Part shown: positions 39,090 to 51,219 of the stretch, in pieces
Position numbering within the stretch: the stretch's first letter is position 1
Layout: each line of letters opens with the position of its first letter
Source: Entomortierella parvispora E1425
Taxonomy: Eukaryota > Fungi > Mortierellomycota
Assembly (NCBI GenBank): GCA_020891255.1
Contig: BQFW01000003.1
Location: 248,001 to 312,000, forward strand
DNA: 64,000 bases
Direction of reading: 5' to 3'
Notes under the pieces: generated by a model
Told to the model about the DNA's origin: nothing
The model's input: only the letters and a program-made list of their open reading frames with translations
The model's database searches: none
Position numbers and translations under genes: made by a program

Positions 39090-39725
39090 TACCCGGACTC
39101 TGGGCACTACCATTCAATTAAAGCCCAATCCCACAGCTAGCGTACAGTTATATGTTCTCATGGAGAGGGACAGTTATATGTTCTCATGGAGAGGGACAGT
39201 TGGTCATTGTGCACATGCACATGCACATGCACTTGTACATACAAGCGACTGTGGGAAACATGTACCAATTTTTTTGATCGGCTCTACCTCCATTTTTCCC
39301 CGAACTCGTCGTTTGTGGTAAGGATTGCAGCCCCCTATATTGATGGGAACAGTATCCATGTGGTGGTCACGACGCGCTGATTGAAACGAAGAGGGTGTTG
39401 GCTCCCTTACCAATATCAGAGAGGTTGATGAATTATGATCAGCTTAGAAGAGAGGAAAGAAGAGCAAGAGGTGCCAGAAAAAGAGAAGGGAGGGAGAGCA
39501 AGGGAGGAGATATCAAGAAAAGGGTATGAATGAGGTGATTCAGGTCAGGCACCACAGCGCGCCTGGTTCCTTCAAGTCCAGCCAGGTCAGGGCACAAAGG
39601 CAAAGGTGACCACAATGCCACAAGGTGCCACAGCGCTTTTTCATTTTTCTTTCATTCACTTTCTCTTTGTTACATTACTTCTCTCAACATCCCCCATCCT
39701 CAGTCTTTCTGCTCCCTCCACCATC

Positions 39726-42700
39726 ATGAGCTCCAGTTCGAGTTCATCTTCAAGACCAACCTTGACCCAAAACGCCCGTCGCCCTGACGCGGGCGGTAAA
39801 GTTGGCGATAAGTGCAACGTCCGCAGCAACTTTTATGCAATCAAAAAGGTTTGTCATGTCCCGCGCATGAAGATTCTCAAGGAATGGACATTGCATCTAA
39901 CATGCATTATTATTCTTCATGTAGCTCAAAGTCGATACTATTTGGCATTACGATGTCTCCATCACCCCCGAAATCCCGGCGGAAAAGGCGCGCAAAGTAT
40001 ATGCTCTTTTGTTTGAAGTACTATAGTCTTTCATATCCCTGCATAGTATATATGCCTGCCCTGACGCCTTTTTTTTTCTTTCCGCGATTTAAAGCTCTGG
40101 AGAATCATTGAAAGGATCCCCGAGTTGGACTCCCAGCGAGTCGTTTTCGACGGCAAATGCAACGCGTATGCTGCCCAGGAGCTCAGTTTCGATAGACTTA
40201 CTCGAACAGTCGAGCTTCCAGACGGAGTTCCGTCCAGGGCTGCCTTTGGTGCATCGAAGGCTGCACCTGGTACATCTGGAAAAGGTGGCGCCGGCGCTAC
40301 AGGAAAAGCCGGTCCTGGCGCCGCAGGAAAGGGTGGTCCGGGTGCAAAGACTGCACCGCGACCTGAGCGAAAAAAGAACGAGTTCACGGTGAAGTTCAAT
40401 CGGGTTGCGAAAATCGAGCTGGAGGAACTCCATCGATTTTTGCGTCGCGAGGGACCTATCACCCCTTCTTGCCTCACCGCTATCCAAGGTATGCGCACGA
40501 TGAAGAATGTGTATGCCTTCTGGGGGTTCTTTAATGAAAAGAGCCTCATTTTTTGTTATATTGTAGCTTTGAACATTGTGTTGAGTCACAGGTTGTCGGG
40601 TCAAATGGCGACTTATGGTCGCTCTGTTTACCATTCTGAGAACGCCCAAGAACTTGGTGGCGGTATCCAGCGATGGGATGGTATTTTCCAATCCGTCCGA
40701 CCTGGGCAGGGTCAGCTCTTTGCCAACATTGACATTGCGAACTCGGCCTTTGTCAAAGGTGGAAAGGTGGAGAGCTTGATGGCAGAGATCAAGCGTGTCC
40801 GCGGTCCAGATGACCTCCGAGGTCGGTTGAATGCATCTGATTTTAACCATTTCCGTCGACACTTCAAGGGTCTGTCGTTCACCGTGTCGCATCGAGGCCC
40901 CGAATTCAAGAAGAGGTTTAAGATTGCCGAGATCAGTCTCAAGTCGGCGGATCAGATTACATTTTCTCAAGAGCTCAACAACGGTTCCAAGAAGCAGGTG
41001 TCGATCCCTCAGTACTACCAGGCGGCATATTCATTGAGGCTTCGTTACCCTTTTCTGCCTTGCGTCGGAGTCAAAGGAAAGGACGGCCATATGATGTACT
41101 ACCCAGCAGAGGTCTGTGAGATTGTCCACGGTAGACGCTACATGAAGAAGGTAAGTTCTTATTGCACCTCTACTTCAAGAGCCATGTGGATTCTTTAGCA
41201 TTTCTCTTCCTCATCCTGTGTTCACTCTTCCACTGATAGCTGAACGAAGAGCAAACTGCCGAGATGATCAAAGGCACTTGCCTCCGTCCAAGCGATCGTG
41301 CTGCGAAGATTCAACAGCTTTTCCCAATTTTGGATCATGAGCACGACGATTACGTGAAGACCTTCAAGTTGGAAGTTTCCAAGGAAATGACAGTGGTTCC
41401 GGCTCGAGTTCTGCCCGCCCCCAGGATCGAATTCAGGGGAGCACAATTTGTAGCGCCACAGCAAGGCGGATGGCAGGTAATGAAGCGGGTAGTATTAGGT
41501 TGTGTGTTCAAAAAGGGTACCAATCTAACGTTATAAGTTTGCAGCTGAACCCCTCTCGCAAGATGTACAGAGGTTCGACTCTCTCCTCCTACGGAGTCCT
41601 TGTGTTTGACAACGAACGGTATGTAGAGATGGGATCAGTCATCCTTTTTACTTTGAAGACTCAAGGGTAATGGTAGTATCGTATTTATATCTTTGCTTGA
41701 TCCACCTGCAATTAGATATGTAGCTCGACCAATGGTGGAGAATTTCATCCGTGAACTGACAGCTACATTGGCCGAGAATGGTAAGGATCAAGCATACGTG
41801 GAATATGTCGACAATACGACAACAGCACCCATGCTGACAGCTTGGCGTCTCTTTAGGAATGGAGGTTCCCTTCCGTACACCGCCAATTGTGTATGCACAA
41901 ATCGGAAATGTTGAGAAAAGTGTCGATGCCATGCGCACCTTGATCTCTGAGAAATGCGGATCTCCTCCTCAACGTAAGTTCCAGTCCATGGTATCCACAG
42001 CTATCAAAATCACAGCAACATGCCTTGGAATGAAGGATTAACCCATAAACCCATTTTCTAGTTATTTTGGTTGTCTTACCTTCCGTCTGTCAGACTTACT
42101 CTACAGTCAAAACCTACTGTGAGACCAATGGCACTGGCATCATGACTCAGTGTGTCCTTTCTCAAAAGATCAGAGGCGTCAAGAAGCAATACTGTGGGAT
42201 GCTGGGACTGAAGATCAATTCAAAGGTAAGCCCTCGTAACCCCTTCTGCAAACTATTGGTACAATATTAAATCGCATCATCTTTGTCACAATAGCTCGGG
42301 GGATGCAATGCAGTGTTGAAAGATGGCATCCGATTCTTGAAAGAAAAGCCTACGATCATTCTTGGAGCGGACGTTACTCACCCTGCCCCAGGAGAGAATC
42401 GCCCATCAGTTGTGGCGGTTGTGGGCTCCATGGACATTTATGGCTTCAAATATTCCGGCAGAATCAGAGTACAGGAGAGTGGTCAGGAAGTCATTGACGG
42501 TCTCAAGTATCTCGTCCACGACCTCTTGACGACGTTTTACAACCAGCACAGGGTCTGGCCTGGCAGAATTCTGTTTTATCGCGATGGTGTCTCTGAGGGT
42601 CAGTACGCCGAGGTCCTCAATGTAGAGCTTGCAGCGGTCAAGGAAGCCTGCCATCGGATCAATGGTAAATACGCTTGACCTTGCTTCTGATGTCTACCAG

Positions 42701-43406
42701 TCTAAGAACTGGCAACTGAATAAGTTTTTGAACCCCCATGGTTGATCACAGAAAAGTACAACCCGCCGACAACGTTTTGTGTGGTCAAGAAGCGCCATCA
42801 CGCTCGATTTTTCCCCACGCAACCCAACTTTACCGACCGTTCAGGCAACTGCGTGGCTGGCACAGTCGTTGATACTGTCATTACCCATCCGACCGAGTTT
42901 GACTTTTGTAAGTGACAATCTTGTTGGAGATCCATGGTGGAGAGGTGAAGTGGTCTTTGTTGGTCTTGTTCATCATTATTGGCCTTCGTACCAACGCAAT
43001 ATTTCGTTCACAGATCTTCAGAGTCATGGAGGACTTCAAGGCACATCTCGTCCAACTCTGTATCATGTCCTCCTGGATGAGAACAAGTTTACATCGGATT
43101 CACTGCAGACATTGACCTACCAACTTTGTCACGTCTACTCGCGCTGTCCCAAGTCTGTCAGCATTGTGCCAGCTGTGTACTACGCGCACTTGCTAGCCTT
43201 CCGTGCCCGCCATTACCAAGGAAGTGACTTTTCCGACACGGCCAGTTCTGCTAGTGGTGGGCACTCCACCGCCGAGACTTTCCAGACTTCGGTAAGATGG
43301 ATTGCCATTGAGACCGAGTTGATGATGACTGAGAGGGATGTGCTTTCTAACATTTGTTTTGTATGATGAATAGGCTGGCATTGTGAACAACATGTACTTT
43401 GTGTAA
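39726..43406 (+). CDS. AGO: Argonaute protein (copy A), multi-exon, apparently intact
   Basis: [23 protein letters not shown] ([14 protein letters not shown]), MID (YSTVK..TQC..QK), [29 protein letters not shown]-terminal MYFV. All introns checked are GT-AG and in phase. Confidence 0.95.
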
Positions 43407-44419
43407 AGTCGACGATGTGTGTTCCCAAATCCATGTGACGAGAACCCAGCAGAGGTCATGGTAAAGAAAGGAGCAACAACAGAAGTAGCAGCAAACAAAC
43501 AACAACAGGAATCTCAGTGTATGGACCATGACCGTTTGAAGACCAAATAAAAAAGAAAAAGAAAAAAAGCCCAAAAGAGCGAAAGCGACAGAGAAGTCGG
43601 AAGCATGCGGCGCAGATTGGAAGATCTGTGCCATGAAGACAGACACGGACGGACCATTTTGATGATCTGGGTGGCTGTGCCTCCTCTGGTCTGATCTGTC
43701 AGAACAGGTCAGGTACATGCAATTTTGTACTGCACTATAAAGTTGGAGTGGTGGCGAGGCCACTAGAAATAGAACATGAAGGCAAAGAGGGAAAAGAGGG
43801 AAGAGAAAGGTTGCCTGCGGGAGGGAGAGACAAAGATACCAAGGTAAGATGAAGAGAGACGACACACACAAACAAGAAAAACAAAAAAAAAAAAAAAAAA
43901 AAAAAAAAGATAACTGCTGATCGAGTCTGACAGTTCGGGATGATCTACCTGTTGTGGACAGGACGATGGATAGACAAACTGGCAAAACAATGACGATGAG
44001 ACTGGATGACGAAGAGAGATGAAAGAGGAAGGAAGGGAAGGAAGTTTTTGCTATAGCATTTATTAGATTGATAGTCATATGTACTTGGAGCTCCAAACGT
44101 TTCCGGGATGGAAGAGGAGAGGAGAGGAGTGAGGAGAGTGCTCTCGCACTGCAGCCCAGCAGATAGCAGAGAGGCAGAAAGACAGAGACCCGACGGACGG
44201 GTCAATAGAAGGGCCATGTATGAGGGTGAGCTTTTTGCGATATAATTACATTTGCACTATGCCATGAGAGACAGAGACAGAGCGGCAGAGGAAGCAAGAA
44301 AAGAAAAAGGGAAGAAAAAGGGAAGAGAAAGGGAAGAAAGGTACATGCAATACAACAAGAAGGAACGGAAAAGACAGAAGGATAGAAGGAAGAAGGCACC
44401 AGGATGAACCTTGTATGAT

Positions 44420-44497
44420 TGTCATTGTTGTCGGTCTTGTTGTTATTGTCGCTCTGTCTGTCGCTCTGTCTGTCTGTCTGTCTGTCTGTCTTGTTCC

Positions 44498-44533
<36 letters not shown>

Positions 44534-44700
44534 CGTCCTTCTTCCCTTTCTCTCCCTTTCTCCCTCTTCCCCTTTCCCCTTTCCTTTGTCTGATCATCAA
44601 ATCACCTTCATTCGTTCCTTTTCTCTCTTCTCTCTTCTCTCTCTTCTCTTCTCTTCTCTTCTCTTCTCTTCTCTTCTCATCATCCCCATTCACCGCTGCA
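44420..44700. repeat. Microsatellite cluster: (TCTG)n, (GT)n, (TCTCT/TCTTC)n
   Basis: Read directly upstream of the PIP5K gene. Confidence 0.9.
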
Positions 44701-44977
44701 ACGACTTGCAACCTGGACTGGATTGAATCATCATCTCTTTTCACTCACTCACTCTCCCTTCTCTTTTCTCATTCTCCCTTCACTCTCTCCCCCCACCCTC
44801 CTCCCGCATATATACACACACACATTCGTTGACTCTCTTCTTCTCTCTCCCCTCTCGTCATTGACACCATCCTAGAGAGAAACGCACATACACAGACAGA
44901 CAGACACATTCACATCCTCGAGTGATCCCCCTTCCTCCCGCCTCCCTCCTCCTTCCTCCCCTCGATACTCGCCCCCC

Positions 44978-47900
44978 ATGGACACGGCCACGCTCTCGGC
45001 CTCTGCCTCAGTCTCCGTCCCTGACTCTGCACAGCACACCGCCAGCTCCCCTTCCCTCTCCGCATCCTCCTCGACCTCCAAACTGTCCAACAACGCCAAT
45101 GGCTTCTACAACGACCTTCTCCTGGCTGCACCTGCCCAGAATGGACATAGGTCTAATGGCTTCCATCCAGAACGTGAGTTAGACCAGGACCAGGACCAGG
45201 ACTCTTTTGCGCCCACTCCCATCATGGCCCGGCCCCGCAAGGCCGGTCTGCAGCTCATCTCTGAAGGCACCCAGACCAACCACGGCAACGTCAACATGAA
45301 CAACAGCAATAGCAACACCTTCATCGGCAGCAATCCCCCCACCTGGCCATCAGGCACCATTGCCCGCTTCCACACATCGCCGGCTCCCTCGCCCTCGCCC
45401 TCTCCTGAACACGTTCAAGCCTTCCAGGATCAGCAACAGCAACAACAGCAACAGTTTTCATCGCCATCAGCGACGCGGCAAGGTGCTGCCGCCGCAACTA
45501 GCCCAACTGCCTCTGCGCCGTCGACTTTTGCTACCGTCACCTCTGTTACTGCACAGCCCACATCATCATCCTTGCATACCCCAATGACCCCGCCAAGGAT
45601 ATCCTCCCTTTCGCCCAAGAATCACGCCTCACAGCTGCAGTCGGGCCATGCCTTTCAGGACGGACCTGCCTCACCCCCACCCTCTCCTCCACAACTTGCT
45701 GCAGTCCCTGATTCTAGTCCCGGTAACTCTCCTGGCCAAGCCTATCCTTCTCGCTTCTCCTCGCTAATGCCCAATGGCCCCGTCAACGGACAATACTATT
45801 CTCAGCAGCAACAGCCACCGGAACAACACGCACAGGTGCAACAGGCACAGAGTCAGCAAGGTCAGGCACCACTGGATTACACCCGACCAACGACATTTGC
45901 CCTTGAGCCCTCACCCACTTTGAGCGCGACAGAAACCTCGACCGCCACTGCCGCCTCCTCCAAGCCCACTTCGTCAGCCATTTCCTCGCCAGCCTCTTCC
46001 ATCTCCATGGTCCCGACTTCTGCCACAGTTCCACCGACGCCGATTGAATATGCCCTTGCTGCTCTATCGGCTTCTCCACGGCCGTCCACCTCCACCACGT
46101 CTTCGATGATGAGCACCCCTGTGAATCGTCCTCGTCCCTCCAGCTACGCGCCTACAAAGATCACTGATGTCTCGTCCACACTGGCCACCATGACAACGCT
46201 TGCAGCTTTGCCAATACCCTCGCAATCCACCACGCCCTCTGGAGCTCTGTCCCAAGGGTTTGCTCAGGACCTCAATGCTCTCCCTCCTTTGGAGCAACAG
46301 CAACAGCAACAACAACAGCAGCGACAGCAACAACAACAGCCTCCCTCGACAGAGCCATCGACACCACAACAGCAGCAACGTCAGTACAGTCCACGACCCA
46401 ACGCGTCTGTCCTGACTGCATCCGGTGTAGAAGGCGCCTCTGGAGCTGGCGGTGGATACCAACTGTCCAGACACAACTCGCCCACGGCCTACAGCCCACC
46501 AACACGCGCCTCTACGATGGACATCCGTAGGACCCACACTGGATCGCTCTTGCTTGGTGACTCTCCTGCCTCGTCCTCTTCAGCCCGGCAACAACCAGCA
46601 CAGGCTCAGGATGCACATGGAGAGAGTTCAAGTCGCGTACGAAGAAAGCAGATCTACCGCCGTAACACATACTCTGCCGACCTGGCTTCGACTTCGTTCC
46701 AACGGTCCGATGACGAGATGGAGATGGACGAGCTGGAAGAGGCCTATCGAAGTAGGATGGATGCATTAAAGAAGAACAGCAGTAGACGCATGTCATCCAA
46801 GCGGAAAAAAGACGATGACAACGACAGAGTCCTCATCGGCACCCGTATCGGCGAGGATCATGTCAACTACGTGCTGATGTACAACATGTTGACGGGTATC
46901 CGTGTCAGTGTAAGTTCCTACACTTGTCTCTCTCCTTCTCTCCCCTTTTGTTGTCGCAGCTATTTCTTGATGATGGGATGATGGTTTGGACTCCTTATCT
47001 ACTGAGCTGACACGATACTCCTTTGTTTTTCCAGGTGTCTCGATGCAACGCCAAACCTCAACGTGCCTTGGTGGACGAGGATTTTACTTCGGCCCACAAG
47101 CTGGCTTTTGATATGTAAGGGCGAAAGGGTGATTGATGATTGACGATTTTAAGGGCCGAATGACGCGAGCAATCCGTTTAATTATTTTTTTCTGTCGCTC
47201 TTTTCGTCTGTAGTACTGGTAACGAGTTGACGCCGTCTTCAAAGTACGACTTCAAGTTCAAGGACTACGCCCCCTGGGTCTTCCGCCATCTTCGGGAAGA
47301 CTTTCATATCGATGCTTCGGATTACTTGGTAAGGCACATGATCACGATCACCATCACGGACGCAGTGGATCCACCAGGATTATTTTTCGGGGTTAGATCG
47401 AGGGACTGGGGATAGGCGAGAGAGAGAGAGCATGTTTTGGATCAGACGCTGTTTAGGTTGGACAAAAAGGAATGATGATGAGCCCACACCCAGCCCAGCC
47501 CAGGATCCAACAATCATACATACTCGGCAAAGCGGCACGGGAACAGCCTTGCAGATGTTGGCTGTGGTGGCGCCCAACTCTCTCTGCTATGAAGAATCGA
47601 CCCTTACATCTGCTTGTCGAGTCATGGAGAAACAGGGTCATGATGAGGGCGCTATTTTTATGATTTGGGCATGAATATCTATTTCGACGGGAGGGGGGTG
47701 ACTTGAAAATTTAATTTCCCAGACAAAGAGTGGGGTCGTGCATGCAAGAGAAAAGAGCAGGAGTCTGGCCTTTGGGGAGAGAGCCACGACTTTTCTCCTT
47801 TACTGGAGGCACATTCATATACCTGAGCACAGCCGCATCAAACCTTGACATTGGAGGAGAATAATAGCGTCACTCACCTTTATATTTTGTTCCATTGTTC

Positions 47901-49224
47901 TTGTGTTTTAGGTGTCACTGACAAGCAAGTACATTCTCTCGGAACTGGGATCCCCTGGAAAAAGTGGAAGTTTCTTTTACTTTTCACAGGATTACCGCTT
48001 CATTATCAAGACAATACACCATGCTGAGCACAAGTTTATGAGAAAGATCCTCAAGGATTACTTCAACGTACGTATCAACCTATTTTTTTTTTTTTTTTTT
48101 TTTTGGGTTAGTCTACAAATGAAATGAAATGATATGAAATGATACTTAGTCAACTCATTCTTGGATGTCCTCTATCTCTCATAGCATGTCAAACAAAATC
48201 CTCATACGCTGCTGTGTCGCTTCTTTGGATTGCATCGTGTGAAACTGCCACATGGCCGCAAGATCCACTTTGTGGTCATGGGCAATGTTTTCCCTCCCAA
48301 CAGGGATATTCACGAGACATACGATTTGAAGGGCTCAACCTTGGGTCGAGCCATCAGTGATGAGGAGCTGAACAACAACCCCAGGGCAACCCAAAAGGAT
48401 CTTAACTGGGTCAACCGTAACCGTAAACTGGAGCTAGGACCAGAGAAGCGACATTTGTTCGTGGAGCAGATCAAACGGGATGTCGAGCTCTTGGCGCGAC
48501 TCAACATCATGGACTATAGTCTTTTGATCGGTATCCATGACATCGAACGTGGAAACAGAGATAATATTCGAGATAACACCCTCAAGGTGTTCCACGTACG
48601 TATCCTCCCTTCTCCTCAGGCGTGGCGCGCTGAATGGAAGAGCTGAAAAGAATATATGAAGGATATTGGTATTAATTACATGTTTTTTTTATAGCCGGAT
48701 ACATCCAAACAACTGGTACGGGAACCGTCAAGAAGAGACAAGCGGGAAAGCAAAGTGAACGCACTCAGGATGGCCGTAAAGGTGTCTGATCCCCAGGCAC
48801 TAGGACCTTCAACACTACCCTCGGATTCCTTCTCAGAACGTCGGCACTGCATCTTTTACGCGGATGATGGAGGACTATTGTCGACCAATGAGCAGAATGA
48901 ACGCGGTGAGGATCTATACTACCTCGGCATTATCGACATCTTGACGCCTTACAACTACGTCAAGAAGATTGAGCACTACTGGAAGAGTATGAGTCAAGAC
49001 AAGGTAAAGAGAGCCGAAATATGTTTTGTGGAGATATCTAAATACTAGACCATCGCTCGAATTGAGACTCATTCGATTCTTTCCTTTTGACCTTTCTATA
49101 GCATGCGATTTCTTCTGTCAACCCAAGAGAGTACGCGTCTCGATTCTTGAGCTTCATGATCCATGCTCTTCGGGTGAATTATGATGTGCTCCCTACTCTG
49201 CAGGCTCATCCTCACCAGGAGTAA
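44978..49224 (+). CDS. MSS4: Phosphatidylinositol-4-phosphate 5-kinase (Mss4/Its3 type) with a ~600-aa S/P/Q-rich N-terminus, multi-exon
   Basis: [85 protein letters not shown]. Confidence 0.93.
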
Positions 49225-50044
49225 CGAGCTCTCCCATGGAAATGACCCGAAATCACAAAGCGAGCACAGGACAACGATGGCATGGCATGGCATCAAAGGA
49301 ACAGCAACACAGAGCAAAAAACAAACACACCCATTCAGCGGCCAAAACCACACACACACACACGCAAATACCCATCATTTTCAACGATTTCATCTGCACG
49401 ATCTTCAGAAATCCTTTTTTTAACGATTCATGACATACCACTTGCCCATGCCGGGAAGGAACATGTCACGCAATACCCCTCTTCTTGTTTTCCATCCCGG
49501 TTGTGCCCCCTCCCTTTCGCACCAACGCGAGTGCATCCCTCCCTCGACTCTACTGTTCCTTTCAGGACCATACGATGCGACACTCATCATCTTAGACTGC
49601 GTTGTTTTGATATCCTTTTTTGTTTGTCCTATCTCCTTTTTTTTTCTTGACAAAACCTCGACCATGCCATGACCCTCTGATGTGCTCATGCTTTTCCTTT
49701 CATTCCCAGCCTCAGACTCACGACACTCACCCAAAAAATAAAAATAAGGGGGCGACAATGATCGACCAAAAAGACTTTTTTGAAGCTGTCCATGATTCTC
49801 CAAAAACAAATGATGCCAACAATGGCCCCAGGATGGGATTCTTTCTACATCTTGACCACCTCAATCATTTCCTCCGATCGCTGTTGTGTCAAGGTATCAG
49901 TCCACCCAATGTAAAATCTTGAGGCTTTCAGAACAAGGAACAACACCTCAACCGCCCCGCAAAGCAATTCCAAACCACTTGTTGCCTCATAGCCAACGGT
50001 TCCTTTCAACAATGGAAAAAAAAAATGTCCGGAGGACATAAGGG

Positions 50045-51071
50045 GTAAGGCAATTGTGTGGACAGTTTTCAACTGGGTGCTTCCTTTGCCAGCAGGCAAC
50101 TCGCTTCATGGAGAACGCCGAGGACAGTAACAAAAGAAACATGTTGCGAGAACCCCATCTCGGCTCCATGACTGGCCAAGGTAGACTGAAAAAAAAAGGT
50201 GGTGAGGAGGAGCAGTGTCAATCCCCACCTCCTTGTGGTGAAGTGCTGCCCCTTCCTTTCTTTTGTCTCGTCCCCTCAAATCATTTTCCCCTAGTCTACG
50301 GTCCTCCCACGGCAAGGATCATCACGGAATACGTCCCCCTCCCGGCTGTACTCCCTGTCGCACCAACCCCACCAACAAGAGTGCGTCCCTCTCCCCTTTT
50401 GACGTCTATTGTCCCTTGCGACATTCTACAGCCGCTTTTCCTTCGATTCTTTTTTCTTTTTTTTTTTTTTTTGCTTGTTCTCTTTTCTATTTTTGGTGAG
50501 AGTCGCGAGTCTGTGTCGAGAGGGTCAGAACATGGTCGAGGATTTTGTTGTGAAGAAAAGGAAAGAATAAAAATAAAGAGGACAAACAGCTATCCGTCGA
50601 ATCTGCAAGAGGAGGCACTTCCAGCCTCATCGTCACAAAAAAGATTTGCTCGGGGCCCATTCGTGATTCTTGCTAAAACTTGACAACTTCAAGTGCTCAC
50701 TGCCCTCACTTCCCCCCGTCGCTGCCCGTGCCAAGGTATCACTCCACTGTAAAATCTTGACGCTTTCAGGACAAGGAACTGCACAAAAACCGACTCCCAA
50801 AACACCTGCAGATCGCATGGAGCCACAGAATCAACGGATCCTTTCAACTAAGGAAAAAAGACACGTCCGTGGCCGTATTGTGTAAGGCAACTGTGCAAAC
50901 AGTTTTCAACCGGACACCTCCTTGCCGCAGGCAACTCGCATTATAGGGGATCCCATAGATAGTTTCAAAAAACTTTTGCGAGAACCCCATCTTGGCTCAA
51001 TGACTGGTCAAGGCAGACCAAAAAAAAAAAAGGAGGGGGGGGGAGAGGAGGAGCAGGGTCAACCCCACCTC
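50045..51071 (+). repeat. Dispersed direct repeat of ~190 bp: 50045-50231 and 50882-51071
   Basis: Shared blocks gtaaggcaa, acagttttcaac, gcaggcaactcgc, ttgcgagaaccccatct, ggctc-atgactgg-caagg-agac, gaggaggagcag and ccccacctc occur in the same order. Confidence 0.85.
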
Positions 51072-51219
51072 GTCAACAAAACTGCCCACAGATGGGTTTT
51101 TGTTCGGCCCCTGGACTGGACCCCCTTTCCCTTGATCCATAAAGATGGTTTGACCCACGACCATTGCCTTTTTTTTCTCATTCGCTTCCTCCCCTCTCCC
51201 TCGCCTTTTCTCACCTAAA

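Noticed and set aside
39146-39202. 26-bp tandem duplication downstream of the centrin-like gene
   Set aside because: Real, but a single small duplication with no sign of function.
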